DNA from: a virus
Lineage: Duplodnaviria; Caudoviricetes
Length of the DNA: 57,459 bases
Reading direction: 5' to 3' (one strand)
Virus record (IMG/VR): IMGVR_UViG_3300020508_000007
Location: 1-57,459 of that record
Of the stretch, positions 38,732 to 48,530 are shown in pieces (the stretch's first letter is position 1; each line of letters begins with the position of its first letter). A program made the position numbers and the translations under genes. The notes under the pieces were generated by a model. The model ran no database searches. It saw nothing but the letters and a program-made list of their open reading frames with translations, and was not told where the DNA came from.

Positions 38732-39466
38732 ATGTCGAATGCATCGGAAAATTTGGAACAACACAAGATTGGACATTTCGGTTTTAGTGCTGTGAATGCC
38801 AAAGACTTGGGGGCTACTTCTTACACGCTTGTGACAATTGTTTGCGACCGAAGTGGGAGTACATCTGGTTTTCAAAATGATATGGAAAATGCTTTGAAGC
38901 AAGTTGTCAAAGCATGTCAATCTTCGCCACGAGCCGACAACTTGTTGGTGCGTGTCATCACTTTTGAGAACAACGTGACTGAATTTCATGGATTCAAGTT
39001 ATTGGAAACCATCAACATGGATGACTACAACAACTCTTTGAGTCCGGGTGGCACAACGGCGTTGTATGATGCAATGGTGAATTCCATTGAAGGAACAAAC
39101 AATTACGCCAAGCAACTTGCTCAACAAGACTATGATGTGAATGCGATTATTTTCTGGATGACTGATGGTGCTGACAATGCTAGCACTCATGGAACGAATC
39201 AGATCATTTCAGGTCTTAACGAGACTGTAAAAGACGAATGTCTTGAAAGTTTGGTTACGGTTTTGCTGGGCGTCAATGTCAATGATGCATCTTACAAATC
39301 GTATCTTGAAAACATTCACAAAACGTGTGGTCTATCTCAATTTGAATCGATTGAAAACGCAGATGCTAAGAGTTTGGCAAAGCTTGCTAACTTCGTTAGC
39401 CAATCGATTTCATCGCAATCGCAAGCCCTTGGTTCTGGCGGACCTTCTCAATCTATCAATTTTTAA
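38732..39466 (+). CDS. vWA domain protein (TerY-like)
   Basis: MIDAS DRSGS, GGTTALYDA and TDGADN. Confidence 0.85.
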   Translation: MSNASENLEQHKIGHFGFSAVNAKDLGATSYTLVTIVCDRSGSTSGFQNDMENALKQVVKACQSSPRADNLLVRVITFENNVTEFHGFKLLETINMDDYNNSLSPGGTTALYDAMVNSIEGTNNYAKQLAQQDYDVNAIIFWMTDGADNASTHGTNQIISGLNETVKDECLESLVTVLLGVNVNDASYKSYLENIHKTCGLSQFESIENADAKSLAKLANFVSQSISSQSQALGSGGPSQSINF

Positions 39467-39487
39467 ATTGATAGTAGTTTTATTTAC

Positions 39488-39521
39488 GAACACCCAGATG
39501 TAATAGTCTGGGTGTTTTTTT
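39488..39521 (+). terminator. Rho-independent terminator
   Basis: ACACCCAGAT/GTCTGGGTGT stem followed by a T run. Confidence 0.75.
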
Positions 39522-39533
39522 AGGCAATTCGAG

Positions 39534-40100
39534 GTGAACGCGATGATCATCAAAAAACTTTTTCGAAACAAAGAAGAGTATTTGGACTATGCTTGGCTTT
39601 TGATAAATCCAGATCGCGAGAAAATTTGGAAAGAAGAAGATCTGCCTTTATTGGAGCCATTTTTTAAGGCTACAAGTGGTGGTAAAAGAGACTTTGAATG
39701 GACAGATGAAATTAAGGAATCTTTTGATCATTATACGAAGTGCAGAACCGAATATGCCGATGATCGCACCGAGATGCGGGATGATCTATGTAACTTTGAC
39801 ACAAATGACTTGCATGCATTCTTTTTCTTGCAACCTTTTGATGAAAGTTGTTGCGACATCGATGATCAAGGAAATGAGATAGATGAAAATGGAAACATTC
39901 TGCCTCCATTTGCTAGAGAGTCTCTATCGATTAATAAAGAATATGAGGAAACTATGAGGTTCCCTTTATTTTTTACTGGAACAATTGGAAATTCTTGGAC
40001 TAGAGACGGAAACATCAACTATTGTCAATCAGAATTTGTGTCATTAAGTGAGTTCCCTGCTGATTTAATTGTTGATCATCTTACCAATTTGGCCAAATAA
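39534..40100 (+). CDS. Acidic hypothetical protein
   Basis: 188-aa ORF between the vWA and PP2C genes. Confidence 0.6.
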   Translation: MNAMIIKKLFRNKEEYLDYAWLLINPDREKIWKEEDLPLLEPFFKATSGGKRDFEWTDEIKESFDHYTKCRTEYADDRTEMRDDLCNFDTNDLHAFFFLQPFDESCCDIDDQGNEIDENGNILPPFARESLSINKEYEETMRFPLFFTGTIGNSWTRDGNINYCQSEFVSLSEFPADLIVDHLTNLAK

Positions 40101-40118
40101 GCATTGAAAGGTCGTATA

Positions 40119-40961
40119 ATGCATTCTGATTCTTTTTACACTAAAGGCACAACACATAAAGAGTGCCAAGATTATGCTACTCATGGTTGTCATTATGGGA
40201 TGCATTATGCCATGGTGTCGGATGGTTGTTCTTCTGCACCTAAATCTGATTTTGGTGCGAGACTTTTAAGTCAAAGTGCGGTAAATGTCCTTGCTGAGTT
40301 ACATCAATCTGACATTGCCAGAGAGAACAGGGGTGAATGGATCACATCAAAGGCCATAAGAGATGCATTAGATGCTTCTGCAATTTTAAATTTGCCTATA
40401 GACTGTTTATGTTCAACTCTTTTATTTACCACGGTTTTAAAAAACGAATCATCTTTTTATGCCTTGGTATCAGGAGATGGATTTGTTGTTGCCAAAAAAG
40501 CTGATGGCTTAGAAATTCACGAATACGAATTTGAAAAAGGTGCTCCATTTTACTTGCGATACAGCTTGAATCCTACGATGCTCTCTGCATATTGGCAAAG
40601 GTTTGGTAGAACAATTATTCATACCAAGTACGAACTTGGAAATTTTTCAACTACTACAGTTGATCGTGATGCACCTGAGATTTGTCCTAAATTTTTTGAA
40701 CATTACTTTCCATTTGATGAATACGAATGGGTTGCTGTGTTGACTGATGGAAGTGGATCTTTTTTAGAAATGATCAACAACAGCACAAGTCTTGAGCCTC
40801 TTTTACTTAGTCCCGACACTGTTTTGAAGGACTTGTTGAATTTCAAAAATTTTCAAGGCGAGTTTGTACAACGTCGTTGCTCCAAGGCTTTCAAGGATTT
40901 TACAAAAAAGCATTGGCAAAACACTGATGATTTCTCTATTGCCGCCATAACACAATTGTAA
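40119..40961 (+). CDS. PP2C-like protein phosphatase
   Basis: H..CQD, SDGCSS, GDG, LTDG and DDFS motifs. Confidence 0.85.
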   Translation: MHSDSFYTKGTTHKECQDYATHGCHYGMHYAMVSDGCSSAPKSDFGARLLSQSAVNVLAELHQSDIARENRGEWITSKAIRDALDASAILNLPIDCLCSTLLFTTVLKNESSFYALVSGDGFVVAKKADGLEIHEYEFEKGAPFYLRYSLNPTMLSAYWQRFGRTIIHTKYELGNFSTTTVDRDAPEICPKFFEHYFPFDEYEWVAVLTDGSGSFLEMINNSTSLEPLLLSPDTVLKDLLNFKNFQGEFVQRRCSKAFKDFTKKHWQNTDDFSIAAITQL

Positions 40962-40971
40962 GGACAAAAGC

Positions 40972-42705
40972 ATGAAATTATTTTTACAAGGATCTGGAAC
41001 AGAGATTGCTTTAACTCAACGAGATTTTATTGCTAAGGGTGGCGAAGGCAGCATTTATGGCAAGGGGCAAATTGCTTATAAGTTGTATGAAGATGCAAGC
41101 AAAATGATCCCTGTTGCCAAAATACGTGAATTGTCTGCATTGGATCACCCAAACATAATCAAACCTGAAATCGTTTTATTGAACAACAAAAATACGCCAG
41201 TTGGCTATACGATGAGGTTACTTAAGGACACTACTGTTTTGGTGTCCTTATTCACAAAAGCTTTTCGTCAAAGAAATAACATTGATGATGCCAAGATGCT
41301 ACATCTTGTTAAGGAGTTGCAAAAGCTAATTGCTTTTGTGCATAGTAAGAATATTCTTGTTGTTGACTTGAATGAAATGAATTTTTTGACTGATGCGAAT
41401 TTCCATGAAATTTATGGAATTGATGTCAATTCATATCAAACCTCAAATTTTAAAGCCACTGCGATCATGGATACAATACGTGATCGTCATATGGTGGGGC
41501 ATAACTTTAACGAAAACACCGACTGGTTTAGTTGGGCTATTTTGGCTTTTCAAATGATGATTGGCATTCATCCGTATCGTGGTAATCATCCAGATTTTGA
41601 AAATTTGCCAAAGGATCAAAGATTAAACGCTCGCATGGAAAAGAACATTTCTGTATTTCACAAAGATGCGACTTTTCCTAAAGTTTGTCAGCCATTTGAT
41701 GTGATTCCCCCAACACTACGCGGTTGGTTTGTGGATGTTTTTGAAAAGGGTTACAGAGGACTTCCTCCTAAAGATTTTGCTGCTGTAGCTGTAGCTATCG
41801 CCGCACAAATAAAAAATATCACTGGAAATAACAAGTTTGAAATTGTTGAATTGCAAGATTTTGGTGATGAAATCATCAGAGTTTGCACAACACCTTCAAC
41901 AACAGTGGTATTTACCAAAAAACAAATTTTTGTAGGCAAGAAAGGATATGGTTTGCCATCAAAAAATACAAAAATTGGTTTTGCTCCTAAAACAGAAAAA
42001 CCTATTGCCTTTTGGATTGACAATGGCTTGAAAGCCATGGATGTGATGTCTCAAACAGAACTACAAGTGCCAGCTACAGGAACTGCTCTTTTGGAATACG
42101 ATGGTAGAGTGTATGTGCAAAACAATACACATATTATCGAATTGATAATTGCTGAATTCCCAACAGGCGTCAAAATCTTGCAAAAAGAGGTTGGCAAAGT
42201 TATGGATGTACTTGGGGCGACTCAAGTTTGGGATGGATTTATCTTGCAGAATATGCTTGGAAAATATTGGGGTACTTTCTTTCCTCAAAGCGGTCAAAGT
42301 TTTCAATTGGCATTTCCAGAGCTAAACGACTATCAAATTATTGATGCAAAGCATCAAAAAGGTATAGTCGTAGTAGTCGGGAAAAAATTGCTTACAACCA
42401 AAACCATGCAAAGCAAAGGACAGTACGATAGACTCACATTTAGATTAAAGGATGATCACAAAACTTACGATACATGGAAAGCCGAGGATGTGGTTCCGTC
42501 TGGAATTAATTTCACAGTAGCGGATCATGGAATCGCCGTTTTGATGACTGAGGACGAGCATTTAGAGGCGTTTTCCATAAATGCCGGATCTTCAATTAAG
42601 AGATTTGAAGACAATGTATTAGACGCTGATATGCGTCTTAGTCATCGTGGATCGAAGATCTTGTTTCATCAAGGTAAGAAAATCTACTCAATTTCCATGA
42701 AGTAA
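40972..42705 (+). CDS. Ser/Thr protein kinase (TerY-P type) with beta-rich C-terminal region
   Basis: GGEGSIY, AYKLY, VHSKNILVVDLNEMNFL, IDVNSYQ and DWFS...HPY motifs. Confidence 0.88.
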   Translation: MKLFLQGSGTEIALTQRDFIAKGGEGSIYGKGQIAYKLYEDASKMIPVAKIRELSALDHPNIIKPEIVLLNNKNTPVGYTMRLLKDTTVLVSLFTKAFRQRNNIDDAKMLHLVKELQKLIAFVHSKNILVVDLNEMNFLTDANFHEIYGIDVNSYQTSNFKATAIMDTIRDRHMVGHNFNENTDWFSWAILAFQMMIGIHPYRGNHPDFENLPKDQRLNARMEKNISVFHKDATFPKVCQPFDVIPPTLRGWFVDVFEKGYRGLPPKDFAAVAVAIAAQIKNITGNNKFEIVELQDFGDEIIRVCTTPSTTVVFTKKQIFVGKKGYGLPSKNTKIGFAPKTEKPIAFWIDNGLKAMDVMSQTELQVPATGTALLEYDGRVYVQNNTHIIELIIAEFPTGVKILQKEVGKVMDVLGATQVWDGFILQNMLGKYWGTFFPQSGQSFQLAFPELNDYQIIDAKHQKGIVVVVGKKLLTTKTMQSKGQYDRLTFRLKDDHKTYDTWKAEDVVPSGINFTVADHGIAVLMTEDEHLEAFSINAGSSIKRFEDNVLDADMRLSHRGSKILFHQGKKIYSISMK

Positions 42706-42744
42706 ATGCAATTTTAAGCCTTCATACAATCCTATATAAGGCAT

Positions 42745-43179
42745 ATGCTACCATCAGAGGAGATGAATATGGCTAATGATAGAAATCCCATGAACCTTGA
42801 AGATTTGCCCGGCTATTTGAAGTCTCAAAGGGAATCTGAAGAGTCAGGTAATTCACCTATAATTCAAACTGGACAGATTATTGCCGAGCCTGAAGTCACT
42901 TACAAATGGCGTAATCTTCTTGGATTTGCTGCCTTATTGCTTGGCTTGACCATGGTGTGGGGGGTAATGCAATATAACAAGGACACAGAAAATATCACTT
43001 TCATGGTTGAAAATCAAAGCCCTGAAACAATAACAAAAATTTTATCAGAAACAAATTCAAAACTGATTTCCATGGAGCAAAAATCAGACAAGGTTTATGA
43101 AGTCAAGTTAACGGCTCCAAAAAGTAAGAGACCTTTGCTAGACATCTTACTAAACAATAAAAAGCCTGAATCTAAGTGA
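42745..43179 (+). CDS. Single-pass membrane protein
   Basis: LLGFAALLLGLTMVWGVM segment. Confidence 0.65.
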   Translation: MLPSEEMNMANDRNPMNLEDLPGYLKSQRESEESGNSPIIQTGQIIAEPEVTYKWRNLLGFAALLLGLTMVWGVMQYNKDTENITFMVENQSPETITKILSETNSKLISMEQKSDKVYEVKLTAPKSKRPLLDILLNNKKPESK

Positions 43180-43181
43180 TA

Positions 43182-43457
43182 TTAGACCTTCGCAATATCT
43201 GGCTGAGATAATTTGAAGCCGCTTATTTCTTCAAATTTGGCTTCGTTGCCAATTGGTAAAGAAATTCTAAAACATACTGCACAAGACTTTGTAGGATATG
43301 TCCATGCAAAGTCTTTAACCTCAAGTGAGTGTGAGGCATGTAATTTGCCTTTGCAAAGGATCAAGGCGTTCATTATTTTGTAAAGAGAATTTTGAGAAGG
43401 AGTAACAATATTTTCTTCTCCTATGTCCCAAAATCTGCTTAATTCTATTTTACTCAA
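43182..43457 (-). CDS. Hypothetical protein
   Basis: 91-aa ORF with TTG start. Confidence 0.5.
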   Translation of the reverse strand: MSKIELSRFWDIGEENIVTPSQNSLYKIMNALILCKGKLHASHSLEVKDFAWTYPTKSCAVCFRISLPIGNEAKFEEISGFKLSQPDIAKV

Positions 43458-43621
43458 AATATTAATCTTACTGTGGGGTTATGAATTTGAAATCAAATTA
43501 GATCGACTTTCATTACAAAACTGTTTGTAAATCTGGCTTCCAATCTAATTGTAAATGATATGAAATGGTTGAAACTTAACATTTGTTTTGCATACATAAA
43601 TTGTGTTTTTGGAGTGAAAAA

Positions 43622-44188
43622 ATGAATTTTAAAAATTGGCTAGAAACGAGTAACAATTTAGTAGGGCCTTCAGGCTCTGTTGTTACACATTTTTTTAAAA
43701 CTGCACAAGGCTCAAAATATATTTTGACAAATAAAAATGAGTCAAGAAGAGTTAAATCATTTCATGCCAATACAGGTGGAGAAGATCAAGGACTACATGA
43801 ATGGTTTCAACAGTGTGTTTTTGTGCCACCTACCCATGAAATTCAAGCCAGTTCTTACCAAAATTTGAGAAATCATTATTCTGGACCAGTATTGTTAGGT
43901 GCTTCAAGTGGGACTCTTTCATTTTTTATTGTAAAAAACAATAAATGGGAAGTCGTTTTATTTAAAGACGCATTTCAAAAGGCAATAAGAAGTCCTATAC
44001 ACGCTAAAAGATCAGAAGAGCCAATGCAATTCCCATATACTAAAATACCAACAATAGGATATTCTGTAGCAGAGTGGAGCAATAAACCCGATAACACATT
44101 AAAAAGCTATCATTTTGGATCTCCAGTCTCTGAAGTAAAGCCCATACAACAAGCAAGTGCATCAGATTTACAAGATTTTTTTAGTTAA
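43622..44188 (+). CDS. Hypothetical protein with capsid-targeting-like N-terminus
   Basis: GGAG site then MNFKNWLETS at 43622. Confidence 0.7.
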   Translation: MNFKNWLETSNNLVGPSGSVVTHFFKTAQGSKYILTNKNESRRVKSFHANTGGEDQGLHEWFQQCVFVPPTHEIQASSYQNLRNHYSGPVLLGASSGTLSFFIVKNNKWEVVLFKDAFQKAIRSPIHAKRSEEPMQFPYTKIPTIGYSVAEWSNKPDNTLKSYHFGSPVSEVKPIQQASASDLQDFFS

Positions 44189-44285
44189 ATTAATCTCAAC
44201 AGAGCTTCTGGCTTTCTGATTTACTTGATTATCAACATAAAACTTTTCGGAAGCCCTTCTTATACATTGATTCCAAAAATAAAAT

Positions 44286-44519
44286 CTAATCTGATTCCAG
44301 ATCTGGCGTATAATCTGTTTTCCATTTTGGGTTTTTGCAGCCAGAACCAACAAATCCTTCTCTAACCAAATGTTTGGTTTTTTGACAGCGTTGACACTTT
44401 TTTGTGCCACGTTGAATGCCCCAAGTAAAAAACAGAATATGCAATCCTGTGAATTGCACAGGCTTTGCTTCTATTTCTGCCCAATCATGAATGCCTAAAA
44501 AACAAAGGATTGATTTCAT
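44286..44519 (-). CDS. Small protein, CxxGxHxW...CxRC type
   Basis: LCFLGIHDW...CQRC. Confidence 0.6.
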   Translation of the reverse strand: MKSILCFLGIHDWAEIEAKPVQFTGLHILFFTWGIQRGTKKCQRCQKTKHLVREGFVGSGCKNPKWKTDYTPDLESD

Positions 44520-44533
44520 TATATTTTAACGCC

Positions 44534-44827
44534 TTATTGTTGAGCTACTGGGGTGTCTTTGGAAATCTTTTTGATGCTCAGAATGCAATAATCCCTGTTT
44601 AAAACGGCTGATGAAAAAGCACAAGGTGTAGCTGAAGATGTGATGTAAGTAACGGTTACATCCTGCTCTTCGCCGGTATAAACACCTGCAACTTGATCGT
44701 ATCGTTGGAGTGTGATCACGTCTCCAACTTCAAAGTTACGATCATTATTTCTCAGATCGTGTGTCTTAGTGCCAAGTGCAATTGCGTCATAGAAATACGT
44801 CCAACTTTTGCATTTGTGTTTTTTCAT
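44534..44827 (-). CDS. DUF3850/ASCH-like (PUA fold) protein
   Basis: HKCKSW...G.KTHDLRNNDRNFEVGD. Confidence 0.75.
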   Translation of the reverse strand: MKKHKCKSWTYFYDAIALGTKTHDLRNNDRNFEVGDVITLQRYDQVAGVYTGEEQDVTVTYITSSATPCAFSSAVLNRDYCILSIKKISKDTPVAQQ

Positions 44828-44841
44828 TTTATCTTTCGATT

Positions 44842-45225
44842 CTAACGAGAAGACCATCCATCAACATCATCGTCAAGATCTGGAATGTGTCCACCTATGC
44901 TTCGAGCAAATTTATCTCCAAGCAAAGTTCTACGGGAAGAGTGCGTCGGTTCTTGATAGCCGTTTTGTTGTGCAAATTCCGTAGCTTCATCCCAAATATA
45001 TTTTCCAAGTCCTTGTTGACGATACTTTGGAGCAACAAAAATCTCTTTAGTTTCACCAGTATCATCATCCCAAACAATATAGCCTACAGGCCCTCGTTTG
45101 TCAAAGAAATTCAAATTATGAGTGTAAAAATTCTCATCATGGGAATACTTGAAATTCAATGTTTCCCAATCTGGGTCATTTATGTTAGGCAGGTTATTTT
45201 CTTGTAGCCATCTTGCAAAATTCAT
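44842..45225 (-). CDS. GNAT acetyltransferase with capsid-targeting-like N-terminus
   Basis: IFVAPKYRQQGLG acetyl-CoA motif; starts MNFARWLQE at 45225. Confidence 0.8.
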   Translation of the reverse strand: MNFARWLQENNLPNINDPDWETLNFKYSHDENFYTHNLNFFDKRGPVGYIVWDDDTGETKEIFVAPKYRQQGLGKYIWDEATEFAQQNGYQEPTHSSRRTLLGDKFARSIGGHIPDLDDDVDGWSSR

Positions 45226-45309
45226 AAAATTATTTAGGGTCAAAAATTAAAAAAAGATCAAGTTTTGTGACCAATCGGTCGATGATAAATTAACAAAGGA
45301 ATTACTAAA

Positions 45310-45774
45310 ATGAACGAACGAAATACACACAAAATTGCATCTTCAAAAGTCAAAGTTGGAGATTTGATGGCATTGGTTTATTATGTTAAAGTTAAGGGAA
45401 TCGTTGGGGGTGGCCAAGAGTTGCTTGTGAACGATGTTGACAATGTTGGGCCAGACATATTAGTGCGTGGCAAAGAGTTGATTGAGCAAGCACTATCGAG
45501 CGATCAATTTGCTGAAACCGTGAAAATTAGCAAGACTCAAGCAGCAGAAATTTTGGTTCACTCAAATAATCGTCCAATTACAGTTAATTTTATCAAAGCA
45601 GACGGAAGTGATCGAATTCTAAGAGGAAGACTTATTAAGCCAGAGCCTTTACTGGGAAGAAGTATGATGGAAGACTTGGATTTGCCAAGTGTTGAAAAGA
45701 ATCGAACAAGATTAGTTGATCACAGAACAATCAAAGAATTGATTGTGGATGGTGTGAAATACACTGTTAACTAA
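45310..45774 (+). CDS. Hypothetical protein
   Basis: AAGGA site; 154 aa. Confidence 0.7.
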   Translation: MNERNTHKIASSKVKVGDLMALVYYVKVKGIVGGGQELLVNDVDNVGPDILVRGKELIEQALSSDQFAETVKISKTQAAEILVHSNNRPITVNFIKADGSDRILRGRLIKPEPLLGRSMMEDLDLPSVEKNRTRLVDHRTIKELIVDGVKYTVN

Positions 45775-45784
45775 AAGTAAGTAG

Positions 45785-45837
45785 AAAACAAGAGAATCAT
45801 GTCAATTGAATACAAATTGACATGATTCTCTTGTTTT
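45785..45837. terminator. Long hairpin between convergent genes, bidirectional terminator
   Basis: 23-bp perfect inverted repeat AAAACAAGAGAATCATGTCAATT / AATTGACATGATTCTCTTGTTTT. Confidence 0.8.
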
Positions 45838-46078
45838 AGATATTCTTGTAATCGAAATTGGCATTTTTAGGCAAGGGACTAATCAATGTTCCATGTTTAG
45901 TTGCATAATTATAAAGCCTCTCAGGCGTTGATGCAGACATTTTATTTGGGAGTAAGTGTATTGCATCGATGTTGTATGTTACTCTCTTGCCGTCAACAGC
46001 AAATGTTATATCACCAGCTTTATTTTTTGCTACAATTACTACATTTGCATTTTCTAACCATGTTTTAAATCTTGTCAT
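45836..46078 (-). CDS. Small protein with capsid-targeting-like N-terminus
   Basis: Begins MTRFKTWLENA. Confidence 0.65.
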   Translation of the reverse strand: MTRFKTWLENANVVIVAKNKAGDITFAVDGKRVTYNIDAIHLLPNKMSASTPERLYNYATKHGTLISPLPKNANFDYKNI

Positions 46079-46205
46079 AGAATATTTCTAGTGTTTTGAA
46101 TTTGTGGAATTGTTGAGATTATATATTCCCATATTTGAAAGATTGATGTTGCCAGCTATTAAGTCTATCTATATTGCTGTGCTTCTCGATTCAAGAGGAA
46201 TATAA

Positions 46206-46676
46206 ATGACAGAAAATAGAGATCTCCTTCAATACCAAGAAGGATCGCCTTGGTTTTGGAAAATATTTGGCGGAGCAATCATGGGAATAATCAGCATCTT
46301 GCTATTAACTCATATAACTAATATTAACAGCAATATTGATCGCACATTTCTTTCGTTACGAGGCGAAAACAAAGATTTATATGTTATGATTGACTCACAA
46401 AAAGAGCGTCTTGTGGGTCTAGAACAAAATCGTGAACAGTATAAAGAAAAGATATCAAGCTTAGAAAAAAGCTTACTTCAGTCGCAATTGTCAATTGATG
46501 AGTTTAAACAAAAAGTTGTAGCTACTGAAACTCAACTTAATTCTTTAAAAGAAGAAATTAAAGCTCTAAAGGATTTGAACAAAGACACCATACAACAATT
46601 ACAAGAAGTCAGAGAAAAACTAGTAGCAGCAGATGCAGCTAAGAAGGCAACTATTGAAAGCACAAACAAAAAATAA
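46206..46676 (+). CDS. Membrane-anchored coiled-coil protein
   Basis: N-terminal transmembrane helix and heptad-rich tail. Confidence 0.7.
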   Translation: MTENRDLLQYQEGSPWFWKIFGGAIMGIISILLLTHITNINSNIDRTFLSLRGENKDLYVMIDSQKERLVGLEQNREQYKEKISSLEKSLLQSQLSIDEFKQKVVATETQLNSLKEEIKALKDLNKDTIQQLQEVREKLVAADAAKKATIESTNKK

Positions 46677-46943
46677 TTAGAGACCAAGTTTTTTAAGTTT
46701 GTCTTCTCCATCATTTTTATGTTTGTTTTTCTTGTAATTTTTAGCTGCCTTTCTAATTTCCTTGCTTAAAAGCTCAGGATGTTCGTCGCCATGGATTGTT
46801 GCAAACGCATTAAGGTGTCCAGCACTAGTGGGTGCGTGTGCAAGAGGAGGCAATTGCCCCGATCCATATAGTGGTGGGTAAATGCCAAGAGAGGTTCTTT
46901 TGCCTCGCTCCATTAGCCATTGTTGAAAAGTTGGAAGTGCCAT
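46677..46943 (-). CDS. Small protein with capsid-targeting-like N-terminus
   Basis: MALPTFQQWLME at 46943; this start removes the overlap with the upstream gene. Confidence 0.65.
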   Translation of the reverse strand: MALPTFQQWLMERGKRTSLGIYPPLYGSGQLPPLAHAPTSAGHLNAFATIHGDEHPELLSKEIRKAAKNYKKNKHKNDGEDKLKKLGL

Positions 46944-46956
46944 ACAAGTATGTATG

Positions 46957-47700
46957 TTATTCCTTTGAAATATCATAAAAATGTTTGCTGTAAGCCCTTC
47001 TAGCGTCAGCCCATTCTGAAGGAATTTGTTTGTTGGGATCTTCAATAGGGTAACTGCCACGCCCTAAATGATGTGCTATTGGTAATTTATTGTAAGTAAA
47101 AGTGTTGCCATAAAATTCATAGGAATGCAAGCCAAAGAATGCTCCTTGGTAATCTTTAATTGGAAATGACATGTATGGTTTGTTTTTCAAACGAAGCCGC
47201 AACTGCCAACCAGTATCCATATCAGGGTCAACTAAAAAACCATGCTTACAAGCGGGGCAAGTTTTCCAAATAGCGTCTAGATTTAGATCTTGGATTTCAT
47301 CAAGTACATAAGCAGCACCATATGCAGATGGAAAGTCGTTTCTTACGAATGCCGCACCAACAGCAAGAAAGCCTTGTATAAGAAATTGTTCCAAAAAAGC
47401 TAGATGACTCCTTTTTTCCCAAAAGAAATCAGGATCTTGAAACAAAATGTACTTTGAAGATGCAGCTTGCAGTATTTTTGTTAGGCCCAATCCATGTGTT
47501 TGATATTCAATCCCATCATGAGATATGAGTTTAAATTCAAACTCTTTCTGTATATCTTCTAATGCTTTTGTTTGGTTGGGAAATGTGTTATCTACAACAA
47601 TCAATTCAAAGTCATTATTGAAATCATATAGCATCTTAAATTGGTAATATAAATAATCTACAGATTTCCAATTTACGAATCCAACTGTCCATTTAGCCAT
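46957..47700 (-). CDS. Glycosyltransferase, GT2-like
   Basis: LIVVDNT, HGLGL, FQDPDFF (DxD) and DTG motifs. Confidence 0.75.
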   Translation of the reverse strand: MAKWTVGFVNWKSVDYLYYQFKMLYDFNNDFELIVVDNTFPNQTKALEDIQKEFEFKLISHDGIEYQTHGLGLTKILQAASSKYILFQDPDFFWEKRSHLAFLEQFLIQGFLAVGAAFVRNDFPSAYGAAYVLDEIQDLNLDAIWKTCPACKHGFLVDPDMDTGWQLRLRLKNKPYMSFPIKDYQGAFFGLHSYEFYGNTFTYNKLPIAHHLGRGSYPIEDPNKQIPSEWADARRAYSKHFYDISKE

Positions 47701-47737
47701 ATTTCATATCATTTACAAATAAACTATTTACTATGAA

Positions 47738-48364
47738 TTAAATAGTAAATTTTTCTTCAACTACTTTTTCAACAGGTATGAATGCCATCACTTTGTTTGG
47801 AGTAAAACTCTTTGGGTCCGGGTCTTTTGTGGGACGTAAGTCAATCCCATTAAAGGACTTAAATGGCTTGTAAAGTTTGCCTTGGAAACTTGATGAATCT
47901 AATTCAGTGATGCAATCCAAAACTGACTGTTTGAGTTTGGATGCGGGAACATAGTAAATTTCAGTTTCTGATTGATTTAGTACAAAATAGTGTTCGACTA
48001 AAGTTCCTCGATAGTCTCTTCCTTGTTGATGAAAGTTTTGCAGTTGTTCTGACAATTTTTTATTGTTGTCATGATTTCTTAAAACTTCGTATGCGATATC
48101 GTTTCTTCCGGGCTTAAATGTTCTACGCAGTTTGATTTGTACTGGTTCTTGAGGAGATCCACCAAGATAACCATCAATTTTAAGACGTGCATCAGCATGG
48201 TAGCCTTCGGCAGGAAGAATTTCTACGCCATGTTCCATTAGTTTTTCAATGATGAATTTTTCGCCGATGACACGGCCTTGAGCCATTCTTTCATTGATGG
48301 GAAAGCGACTAAAATCTTGGTTGCTCATCCCAGATGTTTCAAAATGTTTTTTGAATCTATCCAT
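47738..48364 (-). CDS. Putative PD-(D/E)xK nuclease
   Basis: GE...D...KIDGY...VQIK pattern; begins MDRFKKHFE. Confidence 0.5.
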   Translation of the reverse strand: MDRFKKHFETSGMSNQDFSRFPINERMAQGRVIGEKFIIEKLMEHGVEILPAEGYHADARLKIDGYLGGSPQEPVQIKLRRTFKPGRNDIAYEVLRNHDNNKKLSEQLQNFHQQGRDYRGTLVEHYFVLNQSETEIYYVPASKLKQSVLDCITELDSSSFQGKLYKPFKSFNGIDLRPTKDPDPKSFTPNKVMAFIPVEKVVEEKFTI

Positions 48365-48530
48365 GAATTATTCTTATCAGATCTGGCTGAAATACAGCAC
48401 AGTGTGTTATTGTATGTACTCACTAAGATGCGTTCTTGAGAGTTTGTCTTCTTGGGCGATTTTTTATTATAGCAATTTATCTTAATTTTGAAAAGCTAAG
48501 AAGATATGTTCATAATAATAGATAAGTTGT

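Noticed and set aside
44168-44410. Distant QV-family member (QIWNQIR...NQVNQ)
   Set aside because: Only a short resemblance, lacks the MKDK and LEREI ends, and overlaps another ORF.
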